Translations under genes and position numbers: made by a program
Notes under the pieces: model-generated
Database searches by the model: none
The model's input: the letters and a program-made list of their open reading frames with translations, nothing else
Told to the model about the DNA's origin: nothing
In this document: positions 1-13,929 of the stretch, in pieces
Numbering within the stretch: the first letter of the stretch is position 1
How the letters are laid out: the number at the start of each line of letters is the position of its first letter
DNA from: Phoronis australis
Taxonomy: Eukaryota > Animalia > Phoronida
Assembly (NCBI GenBank): GCA_002633005.1
Contig: NMRA01000235.1
Coordinates: 258,328-322,327 of the forward strand
DNA: 64,000 nucleotides
Direction: 5' to 3'

Positions 1-3000
1 CCATGGCTTCTAATCCAACAACATTATGACTTTCCTGTTTACCAACTACTACTAAGAAGATTGGTTGGCTAATTTTCTGTTCTAACTAATTTTCATGGTT
101 CGCTCATAATGAATACAGATAATTTGCAACTCCACTAATTATCTACGCATCATGACGTCACATAATTTACTTGGTAACTCACCAGGGCACGGGATTTAAC
201 GAAGTAGATTCTAAATCGCAGTTATTCCCAGATAATTTCGGGGGTCGTTTTCGAGAAGTGGTCTCGCTGACGAAAACTTATCGCCATAATAACATAATCG
301 TTCAGTGGCAGTGATAATTAAACGTGGCTGCCCTTGCGTGCATTGCTCATAACTTGCACGGGATAAACTTAATGGAAGAGCTTGTAATCATTTCTCTAAT
401 ACCTTTCTCCTAATTAACCGTGGTTAGATTCTAGTCATGTCGACTAATTGCTTAATTTAACGATGTACGTGCAGAGATCTATGGCAAAATTAGCTAGTGA
501 GTCCACTGAGGCCCAGATCAAATACAATAGGACCCCCGCTCAGGAGATCACGTGACCCACTTTCAATACGTCGTACAAGGTAATATCTCGCGGAAACTTT
601 TGCATGGTCTAGAAAAACTCGCTAGTAACTTACCATCATTTACCGTACATGTCCATATTTAGATCGACGCTTCAATATTCGAAATGTTTATTTCTGCATT
701 TAGCTAATGTTTGTTCGAGTATTTCTCAAATAAAATGAAATCGCGAATGCTTCATTTAATTATCCGGGAGCAGTTGTGTGGCGTATATCACGTGTGGGTT
801 CTAACGTCGATGTTTTGTGTGCTTTTTATTCATGTTTCGTTTTTGAAAGGTATAGTGGCCTTGTTAAACGCCCAACACAGTGCCTACTGGAACTAGACAC
901 GTAACCCGTCTGAAGAACCTACAGACACACTCCACAAGGTTGTTAAACCTCAGGAACACAATATTGCGAATTAAAATCGTACCTGTGAAAGTTGCAAGGC
1001 CTAAATAAAGCAAAACACAGCAATACCAGTTCCTAACCGAAACAGAAAAAGTCATTTGATGAAAGAATTCGGCTGTATATGCAGAAATGTAAACATTTTC
1101 CACACAAATGTCTTGCTCTCGAAACCATGCTATTGCTAAGAAAACTGCCGTAAGTTGATGGCGTGATTTGTGAAAAAAAGTCAAAGGTTAATTCCTGGTG
1201 ATCACATACTTACTTGAATGTCATTGGCTAATTCCTGATGATTACATAGTTTTTACTTGAATGCCATTGGTTGATTTAGAAACAAGAGCAACTCTTGAGA
1301 TTTTATTCTAGCAGAAACAAAATCAGACGTCGACGTCTCTATTTTGGAGATGCTCTTTTCATTGACAAATTTCTTTAATTTGGGTTGCTAATTCTTGTGC
1401 AGGACACGTGACCAGAAATTTATAGAGGGTGATTATTTTACAATCCAGTTATATTTTTAAAACTATTGTGAAGGTCGCACATTCTACACATTTTTCAAAT
1501 TTCTAATATTCACTGCTATACCATCGTAATTTTTCCCTTGTTTTCCAAGTGTTTCACAAGTGATGTTAATGACAGTTGTCATTTCGAACATAAAACTTCA
1601 TTCGGGATTTTAGCCGCATGACTCAGTGAGGATCCGACGTCATTGTCTAAATGCGATGTATTTTTCTCATGTCAAGGAGCGCGCACTTAGTCACTAGGTC
1701 GACAGATAACGCTGACTCGAGAACGTTAGGTTCATTGTCTCCTGCACAGATCCTCTGGATTGGCTTCAGTCACACGTCCACGTAGGAGCGTGAGCCTTGG
1801 GAAGCAGGACACGCTTCCTCACTGCCCTGGAAGGCTTCCGGTTGGTAGTTGCTTCCAATGGACTAATCGAAGGCCAAGTTACGATGCAAAGGCAGCTGCT
1901 ATTCAGATTTATACCACGTGGCGGTGTTCTCACACTTTGTGCTCGAATCTTTTTCCAGAAGCACACATGAGAGACACTCATGAAAAGTGACATCTGTCGG
2001 TGTGTTGCAAGGAGCCTTGCACGGCGGCCCCACTGGCATTGGCCAGTTAGAATAATAAGCTTGCGACCAATTAAGTTCGCCAAATGACAGAATTAATTAG
2101 TGTTTGGGATCGAACACGTTTTGGTTAACCGTGATATACTGGTAATTATTTCTCCATTATGTTGCGTAATGCTACAATGGTGATGGATGTCGTCGACGCT
2201 TGGGCCGACGTGTTGGCGAGATAGCTCTTGCACCAACGGCTTAATCGAACAGAACAAAACAAGGTTAAATAATTGAGTTTTGAAATATGCTTATTATGCC
2301 GCAACAGAATTTCTGAACTAAGCTTCAATGAGTCAAAGTAAGCCTGCGTCAGTGTCTTGGGCTTCTTCACGGCTTTGAACAGCAAAATGTACCGTTTGCT
2401 TTCAGTCACTTGTAGCTTGTACGTAACTTTTGTCGTGCAGCATTGGTGACTACCTTCAGTTGGAAGTGAGCGTGAGAATGTTGTGCCGGGCATCACGTGA
2501 CACTTACGTCCGACCATGCAGCTGGTGACAAAACACTTTTAGTAGTCTAGTTTTGTTTTCGCTTTGCTTCACTGACCACTAAACAGAATGATATGCACTT
2601 TTAATTCACAGACTGATAAGATGGATCTGATTAGCAATATCCGGGTACTCTGATATACATGCAGTATGAATAGTAATTGTCTTCAAAAGAAGCCCTAAGT
2701 ATCACCGTTGTCAGAAACCACTGATTTGTTAACAACGTATCTGGTGGTAACCAAGGAGATCGTGATATTTTCACGCAACCAAAGAATATCAGTAACTGAA
2801 GAGAAAATTTTATTATTTAATAAAAATTACTGATTACTGACGTTTTAGTCTCAGTCCGTGGGTTCACGTAGTCAGCGTAGCCTGGGTGCTCACAAATTAA
2901 AACGATTCGAAACAGGATTTTGAAAAAATAAGTAAATCGTCGATTACGAATGGTTCAACTTGAATATAATTGCCAGAATTTACATACTCAGTCTGCTGCG

Positions 3001-6000
3001 TCGCCCTCTAGTGGGGGAGGCTGCACAGCCCGAGTCTTGTTCTTTTTTAGTTGCACCGGCAAGCTCTCTCGTGACTCACAACTCTGAGAGTACCAATGTA
3101 CACAGAACGCTGTCAAAATGGCTAAGAGGCCCTCCATGGTTCAGCCTATCCTAACACGGCTAACAGACAAGTACTCTTAATTGGATAAAAGAGACCGGGA
3201 CTAAATCCAATCGAAGAAATCAAATTGAAAAGCACTCGTTTGTTTAGTCTTTATTCGCTGGCTAACTCTGCGGTATTAAAGCTTAGTACGCCTCACTCTA
3301 TTTGCTCTTTCAACGATCTTGTTTGGTAAACACTCATCTCGCGGATTAACTGTTTAGAGAAAACATACAGGGGAGGTGCGAATGGGCGTAAGACAGGCAT
3401 GGCTTAGACATGTTATCGTAAACCTTCTACGTGCTTTAGGACTACTTGCATCTCCTGTTGATATCAAATTTATTGTTCATACTACTGGGCAAACGATTGT
3501 GAAGTTTGTCTTACACAATTTACAGCTCATCGAGTCATATAAATAACATTACAGATAAAGATTCCCGAACCCAAACGGATTATTCACAACTTTGGACTTT
3601 TAAGGACAAAATATATAACAATGCTTTAGATTTGAACGGGTTGGAATGGTCTACATTTAGGCAACGCTAGATTGTTTCGTGTCAATTACTCAATCTCTTT
3701 GATTGTAGGAAGACAATCGGTGCGAATTTTTTGACCAGTTTATGAGAGTTTATCAACCTATTGTTATGATTTTTACAGCATTATAATTCTCATGTGCAGT
3801 AGTATAGAATTGACCGAAAATTAATTAGCATTTTTTATTTTTTCACAAGTTAATTAACGTAGGATTCTAGAATTTCCTCACTCTCAAACTTTGCCACCTG
3901 CATCAGCCAAACGGGGGCAGCAGAGAATTCCTTGGGACCATTGGTATGAACTTTGACGAATTTGTGCTCTCAATTAGTGCGTTTGATCTGTGAAATTTTT
4001 GCCAGTCAGAATCAGAATGATTAAATTTGATCCCTCGTCTCAGAACGCCTTCAGTCATAACTATTTATTTGGAAATAGAAACAAATTTATTTTGCTATAT
4101 TTTGGTATATTAAAATCTGAGTTCTATTAGAATGTTGAATACATACTGGTTAGTGCGCTGGACTTTTTATAAAATCGTCCATTTTTGAAATATGGTATTT
4201 TTGAGGTAGGCACAGATTATCCAGGGAATTTCAAACGTAAATGAATTCTTGCAAAAAACGATGAGGGGCTAAGTACTGGAAAAACATTTTAAAGGTTTAA
4301 TGAAACCATGAACACTTTTCGGAAAAAGTAGTTTTCACATGTTTCTTTAAATTTGAAGAAGGATGAAATATCATGATTCTAAAATTTAGAACACATAATT
4401 ATTTCTACTAACACTATATTGTTGGCCTCAGAAGTGCTAATTTTTCCATAGAAATTTACTACTTTTTATTTTTTTCTCTCATAAAATGTCCCATCGTTTT
4501 TTGGCACTAAGTTTAATATCTCTTAAATACACGATCATTAGTACGTGTGACATAATATGCTATGTACACAAGTTATGAGGAACACATTCTGAGTTCAAAG
4601 GTAAAATTCTTAGCCTTTTGGAAGAATATTAAATCTTCGTCCTATTTATTCTTCGAAACAAATTTCGTAAAATGTTTTCAATTTCGTTGCGTTGTCTCAT
4701 CCTCGGTTTCTGCAGGCTCGAGGAATCAGATTAACCGATGCACAATAAACAGGAGAACACATTAAGTCGCAATCAAATATTAGAATTAAACAGTAAGTCT
4801 AAATACTAGTCAAGTTTTAATTTGATAACAGGAAGATAAATGGAATTACGGACTAAATCCTATTACCGGCCGTAGTAACCGTGAGTCTGGCGCGGTGTTT
4901 AGTATTCATGTCTGAGGTGTCAAACACCGGGAGGTTTGGTGGACGAACGAGTATACGAACTCAGTTTTCAGCTGGCTGGCGAAGTTGTTCAAGAAGTTTT
5001 ATCGTCTGCACATTTTGTTGGCAAATTTGTTTCAGCTTAATATAACAAAAACGTCTCGGCTAAGAAATAAATGACAAAGTATTAAACGCATGCTTGCCAT
5101 ACAAAAATTACCAAAATAACATTTAAAGCTCATTTATGTTGATTTTCGATCATATTCACTATAATTGATTTTTATCAAATATGTCATGTTGGATCGTCAC
5201 GTCGGTGTTAGATCTGCAGATACTCAGTTGAAGCATAATGGCATGATCATTTTGATATTAAATCGTGTCACTTTGATGGACGCGATGCTTACTGTTGGAA
5301 CTACTCCTTGAGTGATAATATTTCCATTCATAACAAAACAAACCACGAATGCCCTCTTACCTGTTTGCGAGTGGTAGGCGGTTCTTTTTCTACATGTAAT
5401 TCACTTACTCACACGAAAGACCCTAAAATGAATCTCTATAATCGTGAAAGTGATGGTTCTGCTTCTTCGGACAGATGAAAAAAATGAAAATGTACTTTTA
5501 TAAATACCCCATGTCCAGTGGGTGCGTTCCAAGCAGACAACACACTCAATCGGTGCGTTCCAAGCAGACGACACACTCAACTACTGTCGCCGGACAACAA
5601 ACACTCGTATGCTGTCATTCCAATCGCGTTACGTAACGTGTTGACAATTAAATTATAGATTATAATATAATCTATCCATTCAAGCGCCTTTCGTCGGTCT
5701 CACTTGTGAACCAATAAGGGGAATTCATGTTAACTCACCTTGCCGTTTTCTTTTTTTAATAACATTGTCAATCCTCACATGATTTCAACTGAATAAAATG
5801 CCGTCGCTTTGCGATGAACCCCGCTCGACATGTAAAAATACTGTATACGCATGTTTGAATAACACGTTGTTCACAGAGCTCTTGGCTAAAACTTGCCATT
5901 ATATTTAAGCTCGAACACATCATTCCCTGGAATATTAAAGCTCCGGTCTAAGTTTGGATCTCGAAATCAAACTTGAAATTATATTTGGCGTATTCCGTTC

Positions 6001-6079
6001 CACTTTTGTCCATGCATTCTCTGTGCTAGAGAACCCTATAGTTGAGACCGCGAGAGTTCCACATTCCTCTGTGGGGCTG

Positions 6080-6312
6080 GGACTCCATTTCAAGAAACTG
6101 GCTTAAGTTCATTTTTGACTTAAGTCTAAGATTTGTCTCAACTTCCAAACATTGAACCTTTCACATCCGGCAAGTAAATCAAAGTTAAGACAAATTTTAA
6201 GTCGAAAACTTTTGTTGAATTGGCGTTGAGACAAATTTAAATTTTATCTTTACATTGATTGAAATTTAAGAGTTTTCTTAGCTAAGTCTGTCAGTTTCTT
6301 GGAACAGGCTCT
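6080..6312. mobile_element. Degenerate Harbinger-like MITE
   Basis: TTTCAAGAAACTG ... CAGTTTCTTGGAA imperfect TIRs; internal inverted AATTTGTCTCAAC/GTTGAGACAAATT-like and CTTAAG motifs. Confidence 0.5.
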
Positions 6313-7205
6313 CATCTCGCCGCGATTTGTAACAAAATCAAAAAGGAAGGTTTTATGTTGTTTTAAAACTTTAGTCAAAGCTATCAAATTAATTGGTTAA
6401 AAATCCTATCCCGCCAACAATAAGTTCCAAAGTCTGATTTCAGAAGTAAGAACGACGATGTTCCTTTAACACAATCCCCTTGATGTGAAAAAAATATGAA
6501 CACGTGACTTGACACACAGCTTTACAGCAACAAAAATAAATAATTTACTTTGTTTGTTCTATGATTCAGCTTTTATGTAGAGCAGACAATGAGTTATTTT
6601 CGCTTAAAAATACCAAAACTTGTCCTGCGACAGATTAAGAGCTTTTTCTCATTAGAAGGGTCAACGTTCAAAAATAAACGTGTGGCACAAAGATGTAGCT
6701 CATGTAAGCACACAAATTGCAGTTGAGTAAAAAATAACAGAGTATGATCATTACGGACAAAACGGTTGTAAAATCACCCGCCATTAAATACTCAAAACGG
6801 TAATTAACTGACAAGTGGATTGTCTTACACAAGTACTAATCATAGATAACCTCATTATAATCGTGTTGACGTCATTCTTAATCAGCCAATAATTAACTCC
6901 AACCCGGTATGTGGGTATCGGGAACCCTATGTCAGACGTCTAAACCCCGTGCATACTTATCACGCCGAGTATATCAAACACAAACGTAAAAAAGTATTTG
7001 TTCTTTGAGCCGTCGTATTTGAACATGGAAGCTGTCAAAAGCTCTTGGTAGAACAAAGATTTCTATATCTTTTACACTAAATAACTGTGTTAATTTTTAA
7101 AAGGCACCCAAATTGTGTACCTTAATTATTGTAGAAAAATATACATCTTAAAAAATTGCTGTCCAAATAATTACTCTTTCATTTAATTACAAATAGATAA
7201 GTAAT

Positions 7206-7268
7206 ACGTATTGTTGACGTCACACCACGTATTGTTGACGTCACACCACGTATTGTTGACGTCACACC
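7206..7268. repeat. 21-bp tandem repeat x3
   Basis: Unit ACGTATTGTTGACGTCACACC, each containing TGACGTCA. Confidence 0.95.
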
Positions 7269-7397
7269 CCGACTTTCAATAAAAGTGAAATCCTAGCTTT
7301 CTTAAGATGTCCACAATTTTTTTATAAATTAGTAAACTTGAATCAGTCTTTTAACTCAAAATGAATTTTGAGTTCTTGAAGGTGTATCCATACTTCT

Positions 7398-7510
7398 AGT
7401 AGTTATTGAACAGTTATCGAACCATGATTAGTTATTAAACAATTATCAAACCATTATTAGTTATCGAAAAATTATCAAACTATTATTAGTTATTGAACAA
7501 TTATCAAACT
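7398..7510. repeat. ~29-bp tandem repeat x~4
   Basis: Unit TAGTTATTGAACAATTATCAAACCATTAT, degenerate. Confidence 0.85.
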
Positions 7511-10500
7511 CACTTTTCTTAACATTCTTCTGAAAATGGTAGTTTGTATTACATCTTTCACTTGTCAATTTCTGTCTCATTTGAACACGTTACTTTTTGA
7601 ATTTGTATAGTATGGGCAATTTACTCAACGGCTAGCTTTACGCCGTTCCCTTTTGAATAAGTGCATAAAAAAAACAATAAAATTTTGCTAAGCCTCAAAA
7701 GCACAAAATCTGTCTTTAGGTTTTGCAACTTTTAGAATGTGCAATGCCTGGTTTTTATTATAATGCTTGCTTTCTAATTTATAACTTATTGACCATACGT
7801 TATAATATAATTAATATACAATCTTGTTGGTCTCTGATTTTAGCGGTTTTATTCATTCCAGAGGTCACCTAGAATTTTTAATGTTTTTCTATATTGTGGT
7901 CCTGGAAAGCCGTCTCTCTCTTCTTCTCTTCCTCTGTCTCTCTCCTCGTGGATATTCTTCACTGAATTCTCTCGATTCATGAAAAACTGCTGCTGGTCTT
8001 ATTCTACCCAGTAAGTCCTGGTGTGAGTGAGGCATTAGATGGCGTACGAGAGCGACTGCGTGAAGTTAAAGTGATCCCTCTCAAGCGACTTCAACAGCTC
8101 CTCGCCATTAATGCTATCAAGAATGTGAGAACTGATTATTTTCCAATTAGATTTCAAGAAGTCGTCACGATAACTTCTACACGGGAGATAATTTTGATCA
8201 CACACTCAGCCGCACTTATCACGAGTTTAGTACGCGTACTGTGAACAAACATTCAATTTCAATATTGTATTTTATGATTTACTGCCAATTAGTGGCCGAT
8301 GAGTTAAGTAATAAGTCGATTTTATCACAGGGTTTGAAGTGAATATTCAAGCACTCGACTCGTTGACACACGTCAATCAACGATAGGAGTGTACGGACAC
8401 AATGCTATCGGGTACTTTCGTAACCATCCGGACGTAGCCATCGGTGGTGCGAAAAAGTGCGGTGCCGTCTTATTCTAAAATTATTTCATCATAAAATGCC
8501 TAAAGCGAATTATTTATGGTGTTGCGCAAATGAAAAATGAATAAAAATGGCGATATGTTTATAATGCTTCCTGCTTAACTTGATTATTTCATTCAATATT
8601 TCTAATTAGCAATTATAACCATTGAGAGAGAAGATGGTAACTATTCCATTTCTTAATTCTATATTGCAACATTTTACGAATAATTTAAAACTGGCCTTAA
8701 AATTGTCTTCAACCAAATTTCGTCTTATTTAGAAACTGATCAAATCTTAATTAAGTTGTATATGAGTTCTGATCTCGGGAATAACTTAAAGTTCGTTAAT
8801 TCCTCCCCAAAGTCTTGTCTTGGCTCGTCAGTTAGAGCTCCAGGGATCAGCCTCAAACAGGAACGACGGTGCATACTTCACTTGTTATCAGAATACGTGC
8901 CAGTTTAGTATAGTCCATATCAAAACTTGTAGTGTCTGCGACAGAAGGTGGATTTATTTTTTTTCTCACCGTCTTCGTGTAGAGATGCACTTTCATAGTT
9001 CGCTTGTAGAATAAATTAACATTTTGCACCATATTTTATTTAAATTTTACTAGTAAGATTTGAAAACTTTGTTATTCAGCAAATTTGTTCAAAATCCTTG
9101 GTTTACATCTTTACTTTCGAAAATTTCGGTATTGGCCATTTCTAGGGAAAAATGAATTTGTGCGTATTTTCTCGCATATAATTACAAATTTGCGCACGCA
9201 AGGCAAGACTACTTGATGGTTATTTCCGACATGACACGGGCAGAACTTGAATAATACAAGTGTCTCTCAATATAAGCTCGAGAAGCTCTATAAAAATTGA
9301 CATTTTAAGACCGCGTTTCGAATTTCTCTGAAGGCCTCTTCAGCTAACTTGAGAATGTCTGACTAACAACAAACCAGCACGTGCGATACTGAAAACAACG
9401 ACCAGGCACACCGACATCCTGGAAAGCCTAGGGAATACAGAGGCATTTATAATGAAATTTAAACAATCTATTTAATTGTGTTTCAACTTTTGTCGCTCGA
9501 GTACTCTTCACATGATCCGTTTGTCAACTTAACAGTATCGCAGTTAAATATTTGTTAATATTACTGTAGACAGAGATAGGGGTCCGCCACGGTTTGTATT
9601 TCACAAAACATTGGGAATACACTGCATTCACAAAGAGTTTAATTTCTCTATTTGTTTTGTAAGTAAATACATGTACTTAATTTGTAAGCAGCACGCATAT
9701 CGTTTTCCACGACCACTCGGCTACCGATAATGACAGTTAATATAGCAGTGACAACTAAATCTCAAAGTGGTTATACACTAGCAAACAAATATACCTGTTC
9801 AAAGTTCCTCAACCAAAGCGTTATTAACAAATTCCGTGTTCATTTCAATACGCAAACGCAAACGCAGCCATGTTGCAGGACGCATTTGTGAAATTTCGTC
9901 GAAAACGTCTTACTGTACAAATGGATTCGGATATAATGTGTAACAAGGTAATTTTTAAACAGCACAATAATGCTTTCACGATGTTCGCCGTGTGATTGAT
10001 TTGATGACCGTACGTCAAGCAGTTGAACTTGTCGTTCGTGTGTATGTGTTATTTGGTCATACATGTAAATATGATCTTACGGTGAACATTCAATTTGATG
10101 GTTCGAGCGGACGATTCAGTGGTTCTGGAGCATGATCCGAGGTTCGTGGGCATGATTGTCAGGTTTTCTAGTGGTCGGTTGGTTCGGGGTGTGAACATCA
10201 CAACACTAATTAATGCAATGACTATCATAACGCTATTCATGATTAATCTTCATTTTACTATTTGCTCACTTGCAGTGTTTTGATTACATGTAAGTAGGTC
10301 AACTTGTAACTAGGTCAACAGCCCACGAACACTACAACATGCAATCAAGGAATTTGCAAAGAGCATTTTAAATATTTCTTTAACTATTCAAATTAATCAA
10401 TATCAAATAAAATGGACGTTTTCCCCAATTTCCATAAAATATTTGCACATCATAATCGTATGAGCCCCACTGCATCTGAATTCAAAGCAAGCAAGATATT

Positions 10501-10529
10501 TCATGGCTATGTACCTATATTGTATTTAG

Positions 10530-10793
10530 CACCTTCTCATTTGAAATGAGCTTTTCTCAAATAAATGAGCTTCGAAAAAAGGACTTAAATTGAATACTTA
10601 ATAAGGTATTTCCCAGACAATGCCACACTTGCAAATTCATTAATCGGTCTATCCTGTATATATATAGGGTATACCACTAGCGTCATTCGTTTGAGTGTGG
10701 CATTGTTTGGGCAATACCTTATTAAGTATTCAATTTAAGTCCTTTTTTCGAAGCTCATTTATTTGAGAAAAGCTCATTTCAAATGAGAAGGTG
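10530..10793. mobile_element. Near-perfect foldback element (MITE-like)
   Basis: ~100-bp arms beginning CACCTTCTCATTTGAAATGAGC; roughly the first 80 bp are an exact inverted match. Confidence 0.85.
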
Positions 10794-11022
10794 TTATTTC
10801 CTCTCACCCCGTCCTTCCTCGTCTAAGGTGGGTTGCTAGATCAGTAAAAATAATTCACTCCTCCCTGTGATGGTACACTCATATTTGTTGAAGAAATATG
10901 TCATTGTTACAACTGAAAGACATTATATTTTAGACAGCGACAAAATGTTTGGAATAGCTTACTGTGAGATGCGAAAAAGAAAATGATTTTCGGTTTTCAC
11001 AGGACAAAGTAACATTTCTCGT

Positions 11023-11326
11023 TCACCACCATCACCACCATAATCATCACCACGACCACCACCACGATCACCATCGTCACCATAACTATCATCACCACCA
11101 CCATCATCATCCACCATAATCGCCACCTCCATCATCATCACCACAACCACCATCACCATCATCATCAACATCTCCACCACCGCGTTCATCATCACCATCA
11201 CCATCATGATCTTCACCGCCATCACCACTACCACCTTCGCCAGCATCATCACCATCGGCAACACCACATTCACCAATATCATCCCCGCCACCATCACCAT
11301 CACAACCACCGACACGACTACCACCT
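11023..11326. repeat. Degenerate (CAC/CAT)n microsatellite
   Basis: Trinucleotide periodicity visible directly. Confidence 0.95.
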
Positions 11327-11611
11327 CACTATCTTTTTTATTACTAATCTTCTATAGCGTGATCATCCTACCAGTTTTTAAACGCAATGCCGGATTTATA
11401 TGAGCTTTCTCGGGAATTTTTCGCAGTTTTTGCGTAATATTAAATATTCTAGAAAATAAGGACTGTGTTCGATCGGAAAATCTGCAGGGACAGCAGGGAC
11501 AGCAGGGACACCCTTGCTTCATCAGCTTCATCGTTGTTGTTGTTGCAGTTGTTTTCAGCAGTGTTGATGCCGTCGGTGTGTTCATTGTTGTTTATATAAC
11601 AACAATAACAA

Positions 11612-11870
11612 CAAGTGAGCTACAACTGACCAGCGAGCTGTGGTGAAAACAACAACGAGTGATGTGACTACTGACGAGCGAGCTCTGGTGATAACGACAA
11701 CGAGTGATGCGACAACTAACCAGCGCGCTCTCGTGAAACGACTGATGAGACAATTGACCCGCGCGCACTCGTGAAAACAAGGCCGAGTGATGCGACATCT
11801 CAGTGAGCTCTCGTGAAAACAACACTGAACGAGTGATGCTACAACTGACCAGCGAATTCTCGTGAAAACT
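11612..11870. repeat. ~45-bp minisatellite x~5.5
   Basis: Unit GAGTGATGCGACAACTGACCAGCGAGCTCTCGTGAAAACAACAAC, degenerate. Confidence 0.85.
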
Positions 11871-12898
11871 CGCTCTTGTTCGACTGTGTATTGATAAATG
11901 CGCCTAAGTCGGCGTAGGGGCGTTCCCGTTCAGAAGCATGTGGAATTGTTTGCCTTTCTGCGTTCCACACAAGTGTCTTGCTACTTATTTTGTTTGCATT
12001 ACTCTGTTAATTAAGTCGTGAGACTAATTACCAAACAAAGAGGCCTGTAGAAAGCGGTGTGAGTTTGGTGCGGATTCCAGAAGTTTTGAAGGACGACCGT
12101 CAAACCTTTTGTCAGATAAATGTAATCTCATTGGTAAGAGATCCTGACGATTGGAATTTTTGCTTTCATAATGCAGCAATCGCCAGTGTTTTTTAATTTA
12201 CCTTCCATACTTAAAGCGCTGGTAAAACGGTGTTCCTTCCCTACATCATGTAGACCGTTATACGGTATCACCTCGGCATGTTAACGTAGGGAACATACAC
12301 GTGTCCATGAGATCGGACTTGTTATGACCGTACGGCGAGTTGAGTGCATACAACATGTTTAACGGATTAATGTACCCGACGTAATGGCAATCATAAACAA
12401 AGATTTCTCCGATTTCTAGAGTGCATCAACTGTAACAGGTTGGCACCTGAATTCACGTTAACACGAATTAATTCTGAGAGTTTCCTTATGGAGGTTCCCC
12501 AGACCCGCCTCCCCGCAGTATGCCCCGTCTCCCGAGCTCTACCGGATGCCTGCCGTCTACACGCATGCCTCTGAGAATCACCTAAAAATCCCATACAGCA
12601 AGACTTGAGAAAGTCCAACATCTAATTAAACAATCTGCACGCCGTGTGTGCCATTTTGATGTCGCGTTGCCATGTGACGCTCCAACAAATGTCAAGGTAA
12701 TTTTCTCCCGTCTCCCCGTCTCTAGGTAACCTGCAAGCGTTCCCTAGTTTCTAATTTACAGGTTTATGTATCGACGGAAATATTACGATTTTTTGACAAT
12801 TAAATGTTGATCTCGTAAAAAATAGATGATCCTTCAGTGAACTTAGACGCAAATTGAAATTCAATAAAATCTGTATCATGCACCTACTGTACATAGAG

Positions 12899-13898
12899 AG
12901 TGGCGAATCTAGGATATTACAAGGGTGGGGGACAACATTTGGTCCGGCTGTAAGCATTTGCGCAAACCACGATGGTAGATGCGCATAGCACCGAAGGGGG
13001 GGAGGTCGGGAGGCGGGCTCCCCTCCCGCCCAGGAAATTTTTCTGTTTTTCCTCTAAAAATCAAGCATTCAGTTTCCTTGATACCTAAAGTATACTCCAA
13101 GAAAAAAAAGGCAAAAACAAAACACGGAGAACATGTAAAACAAGAAAACCTGCAAATACGAGAGACTCGAACTCACGAACTGGCGGATTGAGTGCGTGTG
13201 CTTTACCACTACACTACCACGACTTAGCTAATGTTATAATAAGAGACCTACTTGTTTATGGTCCACAGCATTTGCGCGCGAAACCTACTTCTTTTTGTAA
13301 TGCTTATTACACGTTTTATATTTTGTGCCATTGGTTCTTAACAAATTTGTTGTATTTAAAATAGTCTTCAAATGCCCAAAAGACCAAATCCGTTTTTTGT
13401 GTTGCCAATAATGACGGGATTGCTTTGGAAATCGTCTTAAGCTAAGGTTTGACAAAGAGAGAATTATGAGTTTCTGAGTGATTCACTAAGGCTTCGATTA
13501 AAATTCACATCTTACCAGCAGCTTCTGTTTTTTTCATCGTCAATCAGGTTCCATTTTCTTTAAAAAATGAAGTAAATTTTCTTCAACGCACAGTGGAGCA
13601 GACGACGGAAACGGAGTCGTAGTGCGCAACGCCACTGCCGGTCGCCTGAGATATCGCGGGAGAGCCTATACTTAGCCATAGTTCCGTTACGAATGCGCCG
13701 TGTTCCGAATTTAACACTTGAAATTGGATCTGAGCCCCCCCAAACACTAAAACTGCACACATATAAATATTGTTTCATCCGTATAATTTTAATTACCGGG
13801 TTTAATTAATAAACTCAACATTTCCCTACGCTCTTGCTGTCTTATTTTTTTGCGGCAGCCAAGGGAGGGGGGGGCCCTTCTCCCCTAAATCCGCCTAT
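12899..13898. mobile_element. Probable non-autonomous DNA element with GC-rich ends
   Basis: AGTGGCGAATCTAGG ... CCTAAATCCGCCTATG inverted ends with G/C-run subterminal tracts; no TSD seen. Confidence 0.5.
13160..13223 (-). other. tRNA-like (SINE-head) sequence, not a tRNA gene
   Basis: A-box TAGTGTAGTGG and B-box GAGTTCGAGTC at tRNA-like spacing; acceptor and anticodon stems do not pair. Confidence 0.5.
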
Positions 13899-13929
13899 GT
13901 AGAGATGAGCGCACGAGACATTTTTCATT

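Noticed and set aside
10959-11403. Met/Val-rich and Thr-rich ORFs
   Set aside because: Translations of a CAC/CAT microsatellite; no supporting gene structure.
11612-11870. Repeat array as a possible CRISPR
   Set aside because: Contiguous degenerate units with no unique spacers, no cas genes and a eukaryotic context. The same applies to the other arrays, including the motif series at 51370-52855.
12391-12621. 76-aa minus-strand ORF with an acceptor-like site
   Set aside because: No recognisable domain or partner exons; short inverted TAGGGAAC ends suggest a repeat element.
13160-13223. tRNA gene
   Set aside because: A and B boxes are present but the cloverleaf stems fail.
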